Notes: generated by a model from the letters alone, not told the origin. A DNA stretch of 64,000 bases from Candidatus Pacearchaeota archaeon (GCA_017608405.1 JAFCFX010000001.1:7667-71666), one strand, 5' to 3'; numbered from the stretch's first letter, positions 46,043 through 55,860 are shown. Program-made: numbers and translations.

Positions 46043-47359
46043 ATGGGGGATTTAAATTTAGACAAGTTTGATAAAAAGAGAAATCTAATAAGAAGTGTTT
46101 TTAGTAATAAGAAAAAAGAAGTGGAAATTGCTGGCTGGGTGTCTAATACCCGTGCATTGGGGAAAATAAGGTTTATTCTTTTAAAGGATTTTTCTGGAGA
46201 AATTCAGATTACTGCAATAAAAGGCAAAACAGATAAAAAAGTTTTTGAGGTAATGGATAAAGTTACAAGAGAATCTGTTGTTTATGTTAGAGGTTCTGTA
46301 AAAGATTCAAAACAAGCGCCAGGAGGGAAAGAAGTTATTCCAAATGAGATAAAAGTTATTGCGGGGGCAGAAAAATTGCCTATTGATGTTTCTGATTTTT
46401 CTAAGACAGATATTTCCAAGAGGCTTGATTATCGGTTTTTAGATTTACATAGAAAAAAGATTCAAGCAATTTTTAAAATACAATCAACAGTTTCAATGGC
46501 TTTTAGAGAATATTTTGTTGATCAAGATTTTATTGAGATGCAGCCTCCTTTGGTTATTGGCTCAAGTAGTGAGGGGGGAACAGAATTATTTGAAGCAAAA
46601 TATTTTGAGAAAAAAGCATATCTTGCACAAAGCCCTCAATTGTATAAGCAAATGGTTGCTTGCTCTATGGAAAAAGCCATGACTATTGCTCCTGTTTGGA
46701 GAGCAGAAAAACATAATACTGTCAGACATTTAAATGAATGTAGGCAAATGGATATTGAGGTGGCCTTTGCAAATACCATGATTGTTATGAAAAAATTAGA
46801 AGAAGTTGTGAAGTATGTTGTTAAAAAAGTTTTAGAAAAAAATAAACCCGAATTAGATTTTTTAGAAATTAAGTTGAAAATTCCTAAAGCAAAATATATG
46901 ACTTTTGCAGAAGCATCTTCTTTGATGAAGAAGAAGAAGGTTCATGTTGGAGAAGACGATTTAACAGGAGAAGCTGAGAAAAAATTAGACGAGTTATTCC
47001 CAGATACAATTGTGTTTGTTTATGATTGGCCTCTTTCTGGTAAACCATTTTATATTATGCCTAAAGATGAAAAGGTTAATGCAAAGTTAAGTGAGGGTTT
47101 TGATGCAGTCTATAAAGGAATGGAGATTTCTTCAGGAGGTCAACGGATTCATCTGCCTGATTTATTAATTTCCAGATTAAAAGCAAAGAAACTCAATATT
47201 AAGAATTTTAAGGCATACATTGATAGTTTTAGATTTGGAGCTCCTCCTCATGCAGGATGGTCAATTGGTCTTGAAAGATTTACTCAAGTTCTTTTAAGTT
47301 TGAAAAATGTTAGGGAGGCTTGCATGTTTCCTAGGGATAGGGACAGGTTGGTTCCTTGA
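46043..47359 (+). CDS. aspS: Aspartyl-tRNA synthetase, probably non-discriminating
   Basis: YLAQSPQLYKQ; WRAEKHNTVRHLNE; EISSGGQRIH; short QAPGG L1 loop typical of ND-AspRS. Confidence 0.95.
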   Translation: MGDLNLDKFDKKRNLIRSVFSNKKKEVEIAGWVSNTRALGKIRFILLKDFSGEIQITAIKGKTDKKVFEVMDKVTRESVVYVRGSVKDSKQAPGGKEVIPNEIKVIAGAEKLPIDVSDFSKTDISKRLDYRFLDLHRKKIQAIFKIQSTVSMAFREYFVDQDFIEMQPPLVIGSSSEGGTELFEAKYFEKKAYLAQSPQLYKQMVACSMEKAMTIAPVWRAEKHNTVRHLNECRQMDIEVAFANTMIVMKKLEEVVKYVVKKVLEKNKPELDFLEIKLKIPKAKYMTFAEASSLMKKKKVHVGEDDLTGEAEKKLDELFPDTIVFVYDWPLSGKPFYIMPKDEKVNAKLSEGFDAVYKGMEISSGGQRIHLPDLLISRLKAKKLNIKNFKAYIDSFRFGAPPHAGWSIGLERFTQVLLSLKNVREACMFPRDRDRLVP

Positions 47360-47360
47360 A

Positions 47361-48692
47361 ATGAAAAAAGAGTATATTAAAGATATTTTAAAGAGAAAAA
47401 ACAAGGATGTTGTTCTTTATGGTTGGATAAAGTCTAAAAGAGTTTCTAAAGAGATTGTTTTTTTGGATGTTGTAGATTCTTCTGGCCAGATGCAAGCTGT
47501 TGTAGATAAAAAGAATGTTTCTTCTTGGAATTTGGCTAATCAAATAGCTCCTGAATCTTCTGTCCTAATTAAAGGAGTTTTGAAGCGGGGAAAAAATAAT
47601 CTTGAAGTAGGAGTAAAAACTATTCAATTGGTGGGAGATGCAAAATTAAATTTATCTCCCCGTCCGAGGCAAGATTTTGATATTTTTGGTTCATCCTATG
47701 CAGATTATGTTTTGAAAAATAGACATTTGTTTTTGAGGAATCCGAAGTTGCAGGCAGTATTAAAATTTAAGCATAAATTTCTTATTAATCTTCATAAGTG
47801 GTTTACTGAAAGAGAATTTTTGTTTTTGGATGCTCCGGTATTAACTGAGCTTTTATTGTATGATGATGATAGTGCCTTTAAATTAGACTATTCTGACAAA
47901 ATTAGTGGCAAGCAGGAAGTGTTTTTGTCTCAATGCAATACTTTTCAATTGGAGGCCGCAATACACTCTTTTGAAAAAGTATACAACATGACTCCTTCTT
48001 TTAGGGCAGAGCACAGCAAATCTAGCAGACATTTAAGAGAATACTGGCATTTGAAGGTTGAAATTGCTTGGGCAAATCTGGATGATTTGATTAAAATAGC
48101 AGGGGAAATGTTATATGCGGTGGCTAAGAATACTGTTGAGGAGTGTGGAAATGAGTTGGAGGTTTTAGGGGTTAAGGTAGATTTGGATAAACTGAAGCCC
48201 CCATATAAGCAAATAACTTATGATGAAGCATTGAAAATTATTCATTCAAAAGGCAACAAGATGAAATGGGGGAAGAGTTTTGGTGTTGAGGAAGAGATGA
48301 TTTTAACCAAAGAATTTGGGGAGAATTTTTTGTTTATTCGAGGAATCCCCTGTAGTGCAGAAGGCTTTCCTTTTTCTAGAGATAAATCAAATATTAAAAT
48401 TACTCGAACTTGTGATTTAATTGCCCCTGAAGGATTTGGAGAACTCTTGGGTACAGCAGAAAAAATTACTGACAAAAAAGAATTATTAGAAAGGATGAAG
48501 GAAAAAGGAAAAACCACTCCTGAGCAAATGAAAAGATATCAATGGTATGTTGATTTGAGAGATTATGGAATTATTCCTCATGGAGGTATAGGAATGGGCA
48601 TAGAAAGGGTTGTAAGGTATTTACTAAAAATCCCCCATGTTAGGGATACTATTTCATTTCCGAGGCTTTATGGAAGGTACCCCAACCCTTAA
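47361..48692 (+). CDS. asnS: Asparaginyl-tRNA synthetase-like paralog with divergent amino-acid pocket
   Basis: OB fold; TPSFRAE..SRHLREYWH; DLIAPEGFGE; WYVDLRDYG.PHGG.G.GIER; pocket residues altered (see findings). Confidence 0.85.
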   Translation: MKKEYIKDILKRKNKDVVLYGWIKSKRVSKEIVFLDVVDSSGQMQAVVDKKNVSSWNLANQIAPESSVLIKGVLKRGKNNLEVGVKTIQLVGDAKLNLSPRPRQDFDIFGSSYADYVLKNRHLFLRNPKLQAVLKFKHKFLINLHKWFTEREFLFLDAPVLTELLLYDDDSAFKLDYSDKISGKQEVFLSQCNTFQLEAAIHSFEKVYNMTPSFRAEHSKSSRHLREYWHLKVEIAWANLDDLIKIAGEMLYAVAKNTVEECGNELEVLGVKVDLDKLKPPYKQITYDEALKIIHSKGNKMKWGKSFGVEEEMILTKEFGENFLFIRGIPCSAEGFPFSRDKSNIKITRTCDLIAPEGFGELLGTAEKITDKKELLERMKEKGKTTPEQMKRYQWYVDLRDYGIIPHGGIGMGIERVVRYLLKIPHVRDTISFPRLYGRYPNP

Positions 48693-48693
48693 A

Positions 48694-49671
48694 ATGACTT
48701 TTGAAAAGAAGGGAATAGATTACATGTATGACTTATATCTGGCAACTTCTAAAAAAAAATTTACCAAAGTAGTTGTCTGTCCTGAATTGTATCCTTACGC
48801 GAAATTAATTTATGAAGCTTATGACAATCCTATTAGTTTAATAGATAATTCTGGAAAATTGTTATTTTCTAGGAAAAAGAGGAAAAAACCTTTTTTTGTT
48901 TTTTTAGTGAGTAGTGGAAAAGATTCTTTAGCTACTTTTTTTAAACACAGAAAAAAACAAAAAAAACAAAATAAGTTGGTGCATGTTCTTAATATAAATC
49001 CCCTGTATCCTTTTGAAAAGAAATTGGCTAAAAGAATTTTTAAACTTTTAAGGTTAAATGTAGATTTTTTTAATTTTAAACTGAGAAAAACGGGATTATG
49101 GCTCCCTGAATCAGTTATAAAAAATCAAATGATTTATGCTTTTGTTTTAGAGAAATTAGATTTTCTCCCTTTGGCTATTGGATTTGGGGGGACTAGATAT
49201 GTTGGACCGCAATCTATGGCTTTTTTTCATGATAATTTTTTGGCTTTCAAACTTTTCCATGAGTTTGCAAACAAAGCCTGGGGAACCCATAAATTACTTC
49301 CTTTTTTAGATGACGAAATAATGGCTTATCAAATTTTGTTTAAAAAAGCTCCTACTTCAGTTTTAAATATTTTGGGGAGTTGTATGGCAGATTATAAGGA
49401 GAAAGGTAAAATAAAAAGATCGGTAGAAACGAAGTTTAACTTTTCTATCTCTAACAAATATGAATGTGGGAAGTGCTATAAGTGTGCAGAAAAAGCGATC
49501 ATTGAAGATAAATTTTTAAACAAAAAATATCCAAAAAAATATCTTTCTTTTTGTAAAAAGATAATTTCTGATAAAATAAAAGAAACTTTGAAATTAAATG
49601 GATATCCTGCTAGTTGTTTAAAACAGAGGTTTCCAAAACACTATTTGGAACGAATGGGTTTCCGCAATTAA
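48694..49671 (+). CDS. PP-loop ATP pyrophosphatase-like protein (QueC/MurL-like)
   Basis: LVSSGKDSLA PP-loop; GSCM...ECGKCYKC Cys cluster; ATG 1 nt after the asnS-like stop. Confidence 0.7.
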   Translation: MTFEKKGIDYMYDLYLATSKKKFTKVVVCPELYPYAKLIYEAYDNPISLIDNSGKLLFSRKKRKKPFFVFLVSSGKDSLATFFKHRKKQKKQNKLVHVLNINPLYPFEKKLAKRIFKLLRLNVDFFNFKLRKTGLWLPESVIKNQMIYAFVLEKLDFLPLAIGFGGTRYVGPQSMAFFHDNFLAFKLFHEFANKAWGTHKLLPFLDDEIMAYQILFKKAPTSVLNILGSCMADYKEKGKIKRSVETKFNFSISNKYECGKCYKCAEKAIIEDKFLNKKYPKKYLSFCKKIISDKIKETLKLNGYPASCLKQRFPKHYLERMGFRN

Positions 49672-49701
49672 TCTTATAAATACCTAGTTCTTTTTTAATT
49701 A

Positions 49702-49956
49702 ATGGCAGATTTCCTATTTCATAAGGTTTCAGAAGCAGAAAAAAAACAAATTCAAAAGCAGGCAAAGGTTCTTATGGATAAATTTTCCCAGAGGCTTTCT
49801 AAGATTGGGAAGCAAATAGATGACCCTCTAATTGAGAGGGGAGAAGGAGAAAGAAGAGAGGGAGGAGAAAAAATAGATTTTTCTAGGAAAATTATGTTTG
49901 AGAATGCTCCCAATAAAAATAAAGATTTTTTTGTTGTAGAGAGAAAATCATGGTAG
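49702..49956 (+). CDS. gatC: Amidotransferase subunit C (divergent)
   Basis: 84 aa; C-terminal ENAPNKNKDFFVV; overlaps gatA. Confidence 0.8.
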   Translation: MADFLFHKVSEAEKKQIQKQAKVLMDKFSQRLSKIGKQIDDPLIERGEGERREGGEKIDFSRKIMFENAPNKNKDFFVVERKSW

Positions 49957-51266
49957 TTGTTGAAAAGTTAAAAATTTATTTAGAAGAAATAAAGAAAAAT
50001 GATAAACAAGGAAATAAAATAAATTCCTTTTTACAATTAAATCCTGATGTTCTAGAACAAGCCAAGGCCATTGATTCTAAAAAAAATAAAGGAAAACTTT
50101 TTGGAAAGGTTATTGGGGTTAAGGCTAATATTAATGTTGAGGGTATGAATATAAGTTGTGCTTCTAAAACTTTGGAAAAATATAAGGCTCCTTATGATGC
50201 TACTGTGATTAAGAAAATTAAGCAAGAAGAGGGTTTGATTTTGGGTTTAACAAATATGGATGAATTTGCTTCAGGAGGAAGTGGGGAAACTTCTGCATTT
50301 GGGGCTGTTAAAAATCCCAAGGTCTTAGGCTTGATTCCTGGGGGATCTAGTGCTGGAAGTGCTGCTTCTGTTGCTGCGGGTTTTTGTGATGTGGCTTTGG
50401 GCAGTGATACAGGTGGGAGCATAAGAAATCCAGCAAGTCATTGCGGGGTTGTTGGATTAAAACCGACTTACTCAAGTGTTTCAAGATATGGTTTAATTGA
50501 TTTGAGTATGGGTTTAGATCAAATTGGTGTTTTGGCTAGGAGTGTAGGTGATGTGGCATTGTTTTTTTCAATTATCCAGGGCAAAGATGAAAAAGATGCA
50601 ATAAGTCAGGCTAGTGAGAAAATAAATTTGAAAGCCATTGAAAAAATTCCCAAGGCAATAACAGTGGGAGTTTTGGATTTTAAAATACAAGATAAGAGAA
50701 TTCAGAAATTGATTGATGAAAAAGTTAAACAGGTAGCAAAAACTAATTCTTGGAAAATAAAAAAAATTAAAATTAATAATATTGATCTTGCTGTTGAGAC
50801 TTATTATCCTTTAGTATATGTTGAGTTTTTTTCTGGAACAAGGCGTTTTGATGCTAGAAGATACGGTCAGAAAATTGAAGATGTTGCGGGGTCAGAGGTA
50901 TTAAGAAGGATTTTGGGGGGGAGTGAGATTTCAAAAGCAGAATATCGTGGAAGATATTATCATTTGGCATTGAAAGCAAAAAAACTAATTAAAGAAGAAT
51001 TTGAACAGGCATTTAAAAAAGTAGATTGTATTATTTCTCCTACTGTTCCCAAACTTCCCCATAAGATTGGTGAAAAGATTTCTGTTGAAGACATGTATGA
51101 GTATGATGCTTTAACTGCACCTGCAAATCTTGCTGGAAATTGTGCTATTTCTATTCCTTGTGGAACTGTGGACAATATTCCTGTAGGGATGCAGATAATG
51201 TGTGATAAGTTTAAAGAACAAAAACTCTTGCAAATAGCAAGAAGTTTTGAAAAGATTTTTCTTTGA
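49950..51266 (+). CDS. gatA: Amidotransferase subunit A
   Basis: VKANI; TNMDEFA; PGGSSAGS; GSDTGGSIRNPA amidase signature. Confidence 0.96.
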   Translation: MVVVEKLKIYLEEIKKNDKQGNKINSFLQLNPDVLEQAKAIDSKKNKGKLFGKVIGVKANINVEGMNISCASKTLEKYKAPYDATVIKKIKQEEGLILGLTNMDEFASGGSGETSAFGAVKNPKVLGLIPGGSSAGSAASVAAGFCDVALGSDTGGSIRNPASHCGVVGLKPTYSSVSRYGLIDLSMGLDQIGVLARSVGDVALFFSIIQGKDEKDAISQASEKINLKAIEKIPKAITVGVLDFKIQDKRIQKLIDEKVKQVAKTNSWKIKKIKINNIDLAVETYYPLVYVEFFSGTRRFDARRYGQKIEDVAGSEVLRRILGGSEISKAEYRGRYYHLALKAKKLIKEEFEQAFKKVDCIISPTVPKLPHKIGEKISVEDMYEYDALTAPANLAGNCAISIPCGTVDNIPVGMQIMCDKFKEQKLLQIARSFEKIFL

Positions 51267-51347
51267 CTTTTTGTCCCTAGAAAGGGGAAAGGTAGTTTTA
51301 AAAACTAGAAAGTCAGATAGATTTATTTAAAATTGGAGGGATTTTAA

Positions 51348-51404
51348 ATGCCTGAAGACGAATATGAAGATGATGAAGATGATGAAGATGAAGAGGATGA
51401 TTGA
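51348..51404 (+). CDS. Putative 18-aa acidic microprotein MPEDEYEDDEDDEDEEDD
   Basis: GGAGG at 51335-51339, ATG 51348, TGA 51402-51404. Confidence 0.5.
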   Translation: MPEDEYEDDEDDEDEEDD

Positions 51405-51446
51405 TCTTAATTAACCTTTTAAACTTTATTTTTTTATTAATTTCCT

Positions 51447-52553
51447 ATGTTAAAGAATCTTTATACTGTTATAAGAAAAACAGGGGGTTATATTCCTACT
51501 GTGAGAGTTTCAAATAGTGATTTTCTTAAGGGTGAATTTTATGGGTCTGATGGCAAAAAAGTAAAATATACTAGTGGTCCTAAAGAAGGACAAGAAAAAC
51601 CAATTGAAGAAATTGTCCAGACTTTTGAAAAAATAACTGGAATAAAAGAGAGGAGATATGTTACAGATGATCTTAATGCATCTGATATTGGAACTTTAGC
51701 TGTAAAGGAATTTTTTAATGGTTCTGACATAGAAAATCTAAAATATATTATATTTGCACATAATTTTGGGGATATAAGTGCAGAGAATAAAAGATCTGAA
51801 TTTGTTCCTAGTTTGGGTGCAAGAGTTAAACTTAATCTTGGAATTGAAGATCCAAATGTAATTGCTTATGATTTGCCTTTTGGCTGTCCTGGTTGATTAG
51901 AGGCTTTTATTCAAGCAGATGAAAGATTAAAAAAAGGTGAAAAAGCATGGGCTATTGGTGCAGAAACACTATCAAGGGTTTCTCCTAGTGAGGATATGGA
52001 TGGTATGCTTTATTCTGATGGATCAGGAGCTGCAGAACTTGAAAAAATTGAAAGTGATAAACCTGTTGGGGTCTTATCTCATGTGACTCATTCTGATAGT
52101 TCTTATCTCTTGAAAATGGGAAGATCATATAATCCAAATCATAAAGGAAATGAATTATTTTTAAAAATGAATGGGCATGCTCTTTATGAATATGCTTTAA
52201 GGAATGTTCCAAAGGTTGTTAAAAAAAGCCTGGATAAAGCAGGGTTAAAACTAAAAGATGTGAAAAAGATTTTAATTCATCAAGCTAATGAGAAAATGGA
52301 TGAAGCAATAGTAAAGCGCCTGTTTAAGTTATATGGTGAAAAACCTAGTGCAGAGGAAATTAGGAATATTATACCAATGATAATTTCCTGGTTAGGAAAT
52401 AGTTCTGTTGCCACTTTGCCAACATTGCTTGATTTAGTACTTAAGGGAAAAGTAAATAATCATGGTTTAAATCCCAGAGATATTGTTGTTTTTGCTTCTG
52501 TTGGAGGGGGAATGAATATTAACTCTCTTGTTTATAAGATGCCTTGGGCTTAG
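51447..52553 (+). pseudogene. fabH: 3-oxoacyl-ACP synthase III (FabH-like) interrupted by one in-frame TGA (51894-51896)
   Basis: ITGIKERRY; DLPFGCPG*LEAF; GAETLSR; YSDGSGA; MNGH; HQAN; GNSS; the two ORFs share a frame. Confidence 0.88.
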
Positions 52554-52587
52554 AAATACTTTTAAACTGGAACTTGTTTTTGATAAT

Positions 52588-53253
52588 ATGAAAATAGATG
52601 ATATAGAGATAAAATGGCTTGGACATGCAGGGTTTTTAATTAAAAACTCAAAAGTAATTTATGTTGACCCGTATAATATTAAAGAAGATTGCGAAAAAGC
52701 AGATTTGATCTTAATTACACATAGTCATTATGATCATTGCAGTGTGGCTGATTTAAATAAAATTGTAAAAGAAGGAACAAGGATTGTGGTGACAGCAGAT
52801 TGTCAAAGTAAATTAATGCATTTTGATGTGCCAATTAAAATAGAAATTATTGAGGCTTTGCAAGAATTGGTTTTTGGGGATGTTAAAGTATCTGCTTTTC
52901 CAGCATATAATACAGATAAACCTTTTCATCCAAATGATGAAGCCTGGATTGGTTATTTAATAAAAATGAATAATCTTCTTATTTATCATGCAGGAGATAC
53001 AGATGTGATTCCTGAGATGCAAAAACTTACTGGTTTTAAACAAGCAGATAAGAAGTTTATTGCTTTGCTTCCTATAGGAGGAAGATTTACAATGAGTGTT
53101 GAAGAAGCTGTTGATGCAGCTAAAATAATTAAGCCAACTTTAGCAATTCCAATGCATTATGGAAGTATTGTTGGAAGTGAAGAAGATGCTAAGGAATTTG
53201 TAGAACTTTGTAAAGAGGAAGGAGTAGAAGCTGAGATTTTGGAGAAAGAATGA
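52588..53253 (+). CDS. MBL-fold metallo-hydrolase
   Basis: WLGHAGF; THSHYDH; YHAGDT; IPMHYG. Confidence 0.92.
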   Translation: MKIDDIEIKWLGHAGFLIKNSKVIYVDPYNIKEDCEKADLILITHSHYDHCSVADLNKIVKEGTRIVVTADCQSKLMHFDVPIKIEIIEALQELVFGDVKVSAFPAYNTDKPFHPNDEAWIGYLIKMNNLLIYHAGDTDVIPEMQKLTGFKQADKKFIALLPIGGRFTMSVEEAVDAAKIIKPTLAIPMHYGSIVGSEEDAKEFVELCKEEGVEAEILEKE

Positions 53254-53801
53254 ATCCTGATTTTCTTAAAAGAAAAAAAGATATTTTATCTAAGCAAGAT
53301 AAATCTTCTAAGCAAGGTTATGATGAGAAAATTAAAGATCTTTGTGAAAAGATAAATCAAAAACAAAATTATTATACAACTTCATCTTGTTCTGGGAGAG
53401 TTGTGGTTGTGAAAGATATTTCTAAGAGTCCGGGGGTTTTTTTATTTGCTAGTCATGATTTAATTGATTTTGAGAATCTAAAAAAAGAGTTAGAAGGGAT
53501 TAAGGATAATGGTATTTTTAAGCAGGAGCCCTGTATACTTCATGTTGCATGTAGAGAATTTAAAGATGCTGAGAAATTATTGAAAAAGGCCCAGCTTGGG
53601 GGATGGAAAAGAAGTGGCATTATTTCAAGTAAAGATAAATTTATTTGTGAATTGCTTAGTACTGAAAAACTTGAATTCCCAATTGCTGATAAGGGAAAAT
53701 TATTAGTTGATGATGATTTTTTGAAAGTAGTTGTTGAGAAGAGCAATGAGAATCTTGAGAAGAGCTGGGAGAAGATTGGAAGATTGAAGAGTTTGTTGTG
53801 A
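53250..53801 (+). CDS. taw3: tRNA wyosine methyltransferase Taw3/TYW3
   Basis: DKSSKQGYD; YYTTSSCSGR; EPCILHV; GWKRSG. Confidence 0.92.
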   Translation: MNPDFLKRKKDILSKQDKSSKQGYDEKIKDLCEKINQKQNYYTTSSCSGRVVVVKDISKSPGVFLFASHDLIDFENLKKELEGIKDNGIFKQEPCILHVACREFKDAEKLLKKAQLGGWKRSGIISSKDKFICELLSTEKLEFPIADKGKLLVDDDFLKVVVEKSNENLEKSWEKIGRLKSLL

Positions 53802-54184
53802 TTTAGTATCTAAATATTTATAATATTTTTCTTATTTGTTTCTTTATGGCAGGTTATTAAGGGAGTTTAAGGGTTGTGTTTGTCCTACCTATCTTACTAA
53901 GACTGGAGATAGTTATTCTGAGTCAACAGTTCTCTGTTGTGAAGCAGCAGGTAAAAGACATACTTTTAATGTTGAATGGGTGAAGATAAATTAGATTGGC
54001 TTGCTAAAGTCTATAGTGAAGATTTAATGCAGGCTCGTGCAGATGGGATTAAATGTTTTGTTAAGGAGATACAAAAGAAACAAAAAAGTATCGAGGATTT
54101 TATTGGGGGATGGGGAACGAATTTAAATCATTGTTAAATGAAGATAAAAGTTAATTTAATAAATCATTTTACATTATCTAATTC

Positions 54185-54652
54185 ATGTATCCGCAGACAC
54201 ATTTATTGTTTTCATATTTTGTTGCATTGATATTTGTAAAGTTTACAGTCTTTGACCATAACACAGCTATTTTTGTTGCACTTGTTGCACTGCTTATTGA
54301 TGTTGACCATTACTTAACTTTTATTTTCAAATACAAAGAAATGGATTTTAAGCATGCTTGGAATAAGGCAGTTAAAGGAGTCTATAAGGGTAGAAGTTTT
54401 ATTCACCATAAGATCGGTTTTGCTGTAATTACTGCTATTGTTGTGGTTTTGTATTTTATAGATAGGAATTTATTTTGGATTATTGGACTTGGGTATTATT
54501 CCCATATGTTTTTAGATTATGCGCATCTTAATTTCTTAAAGATTAGAGGAAAGATGACTTTCAAAGAGTTTGGGATTGTAGAAAGAATAGGTAAGTTTGA
54601 GGTTTTACTTGATGTTTTTTTAATTATTGGCATTATTCTGCTGTTTCTGTGA
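54185..54652 (+). CDS. Membrane-bound metal-dependent hydrolase (YdjM-like)
   Basis: QTH; LIDVDH; RSFIH; SHMFLD. Confidence 0.8.
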   Translation: MYPQTHLLFSYFVALIFVKFTVFDHNTAIFVALVALLIDVDHYLTFIFKYKEMDFKHAWNKAVKGVYKGRSFIHHKIGFAVITAIVVVLYFIDRNLFWIIGLGYYSHMFLDYAHLNFLKIRGKMTFKEFGIVERIGKFEVLLDVFLIIGIILLFL

Positions 54653-54728
54653 TATGTGTTAAAACAGCAAAATCTTTAAATACAATTACCTATTTTCCAG
54701 GTTATATAGTTACAAGGAGGTATAAAAT

Positions 54729-55808
54729 ATGGTTTTAGATTTTGCAAAAGAGGCAATAGAAAAAACAGATTCCCATAGTATTAACTTTGATGAATTAAGA
54801 GCTGGTAAGGCTAATATTAAAGTTGTTGGTGTTGGGGGAATGGGAGGAAACGGAGTTACCTGGCTTTTTAATAAAGGGATCAATGGAGCTACAATTTATG
54901 CAGTAAATACAGATGCACTTCATCTTAGTGTTACAAAAGCAGATGAAAAAGTTCTCATTGGTAAAGAATTGACTAGAGGTTTGGGTGCTGGTGGAAAACC
55001 CAAGATAGGTAGAGAAGCTGCTAAAGAGGCTGTTGTCGATTTAAAGAAAACAGTTGGTGGAGCAGACATGGTTTTTGTTATTGCCGGATTAGGCGGTGGA
55101 ACCGGAACAGGTGCAGCCCCAGTAATTGCACAGATGGCTAAGGAAACTGGTGCAGTTGTTATTGGAGTTGTTACAATGCCGTTTGAATCAGAAAGAGCAA
55201 GAATTGATAAAGCAGAATTTGGTTTGCAAGAATTAAGAGAAGTGACTGATACTTGTATTGTTCTAGACAATAATAGACTTGTTGATATTGCTGGACAATT
55301 ACCTATTGAGCAAGCTTTTGCTGTTGCTAATGAATTAGTAAGTACTATGGTAAAAGGAATTGTTGAAACTATTACTTTGCCAAGTTTAATTAATTTGGAT
55401 TATGCAGATGTTTCCTCAATTATGAAGAATGGTGGTGTTGCTGTCATTGGTATTGGAGAAGCAGATACCCAAGATCGTGTTAATGAAGCTGTAAAGCAAG
55501 CCCTAACTCATCCTCTACTTGATGTGGATTATGCAGGTGCTGGCGGAGCTTTAATACATATTACTTGTGGTCCTGACTTAAAGCTAGAAGAGTTTGATTT
55601 GATAGGAAGAATTGTTTCTGAAAACCTGAGCCCAGATGCACAGGTAATTATTGGAGCGAGAATTAGCAAGGACTTTGTTGGTAAGGTTAGAGTGATTACA
55701 ATTATGACAGGAGTTAAGTCTCCATATGTCTTAGGAAGCGAGGTTGAACAGGAATCAATTCCTGTTTCTAAGGAAATGTCTGATTTAGGTATTGAAGTTT
55801 TAAGATAA
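54729..55808 (+). CDS. ftsZ: Cell division protein FtsZ (FtsZ2-like)
   Basis: GVGGMGGN; NTD; GGGTGTG; PSLINLDYAD; SD AGGAGGT. Confidence 0.97.
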   Translation: MVLDFAKEAIEKTDSHSINFDELRAGKANIKVVGVGGMGGNGVTWLFNKGINGATIYAVNTDALHLSVTKADEKVLIGKELTRGLGAGGKPKIGREAAKEAVVDLKKTVGGADMVFVIAGLGGGTGTGAAPVIAQMAKETGAVVIGVVTMPFESERARIDKAEFGLQELREVTDTCIVLDNNRLVDIAGQLPIEQAFAVANELVSTMVKGIVETITLPSLINLDYADVSSIMKNGGVAVIGIGEADTQDRVNEAVKQALTHPLLDVDYAGAGGALIHITCGPDLKLEEFDLIGRIVSENLSPDAQVIIGARISKDFVGKVRVITIMTGVKSPYVLGSEVEQESIPVSKEMSDLGIEVLR

Positions 55809-55817
55809 ATTTATTCT

Positions 55818-55848
55818 AGCCTGCATTTGCGGGCTTTTTTTCTTTTTT
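55818..55848 (+). terminator. Hairpin + U-tract terminator after ftsZ
   Basis: AGCCTGC-ATTT-GCGGGCT followed by a T-run. Confidence 0.7.
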
Positions 55849-55860
55849 GGAGTTTTTTTT

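Noticed and set aside
51894-51896. Genome-wide UGA recoding or selenocysteine
   Set aside because: Many conserved genes end at TGA at their expected C-termini, the position corresponds to Trp rather than the catalytic Cys, and no Sec machinery is in the window.
53846-54137. Two short coding-like frames that could join by frameshifts
   Set aside because: No recognisable motif or slippery-site structure; probably a degraded hypothetical gene.
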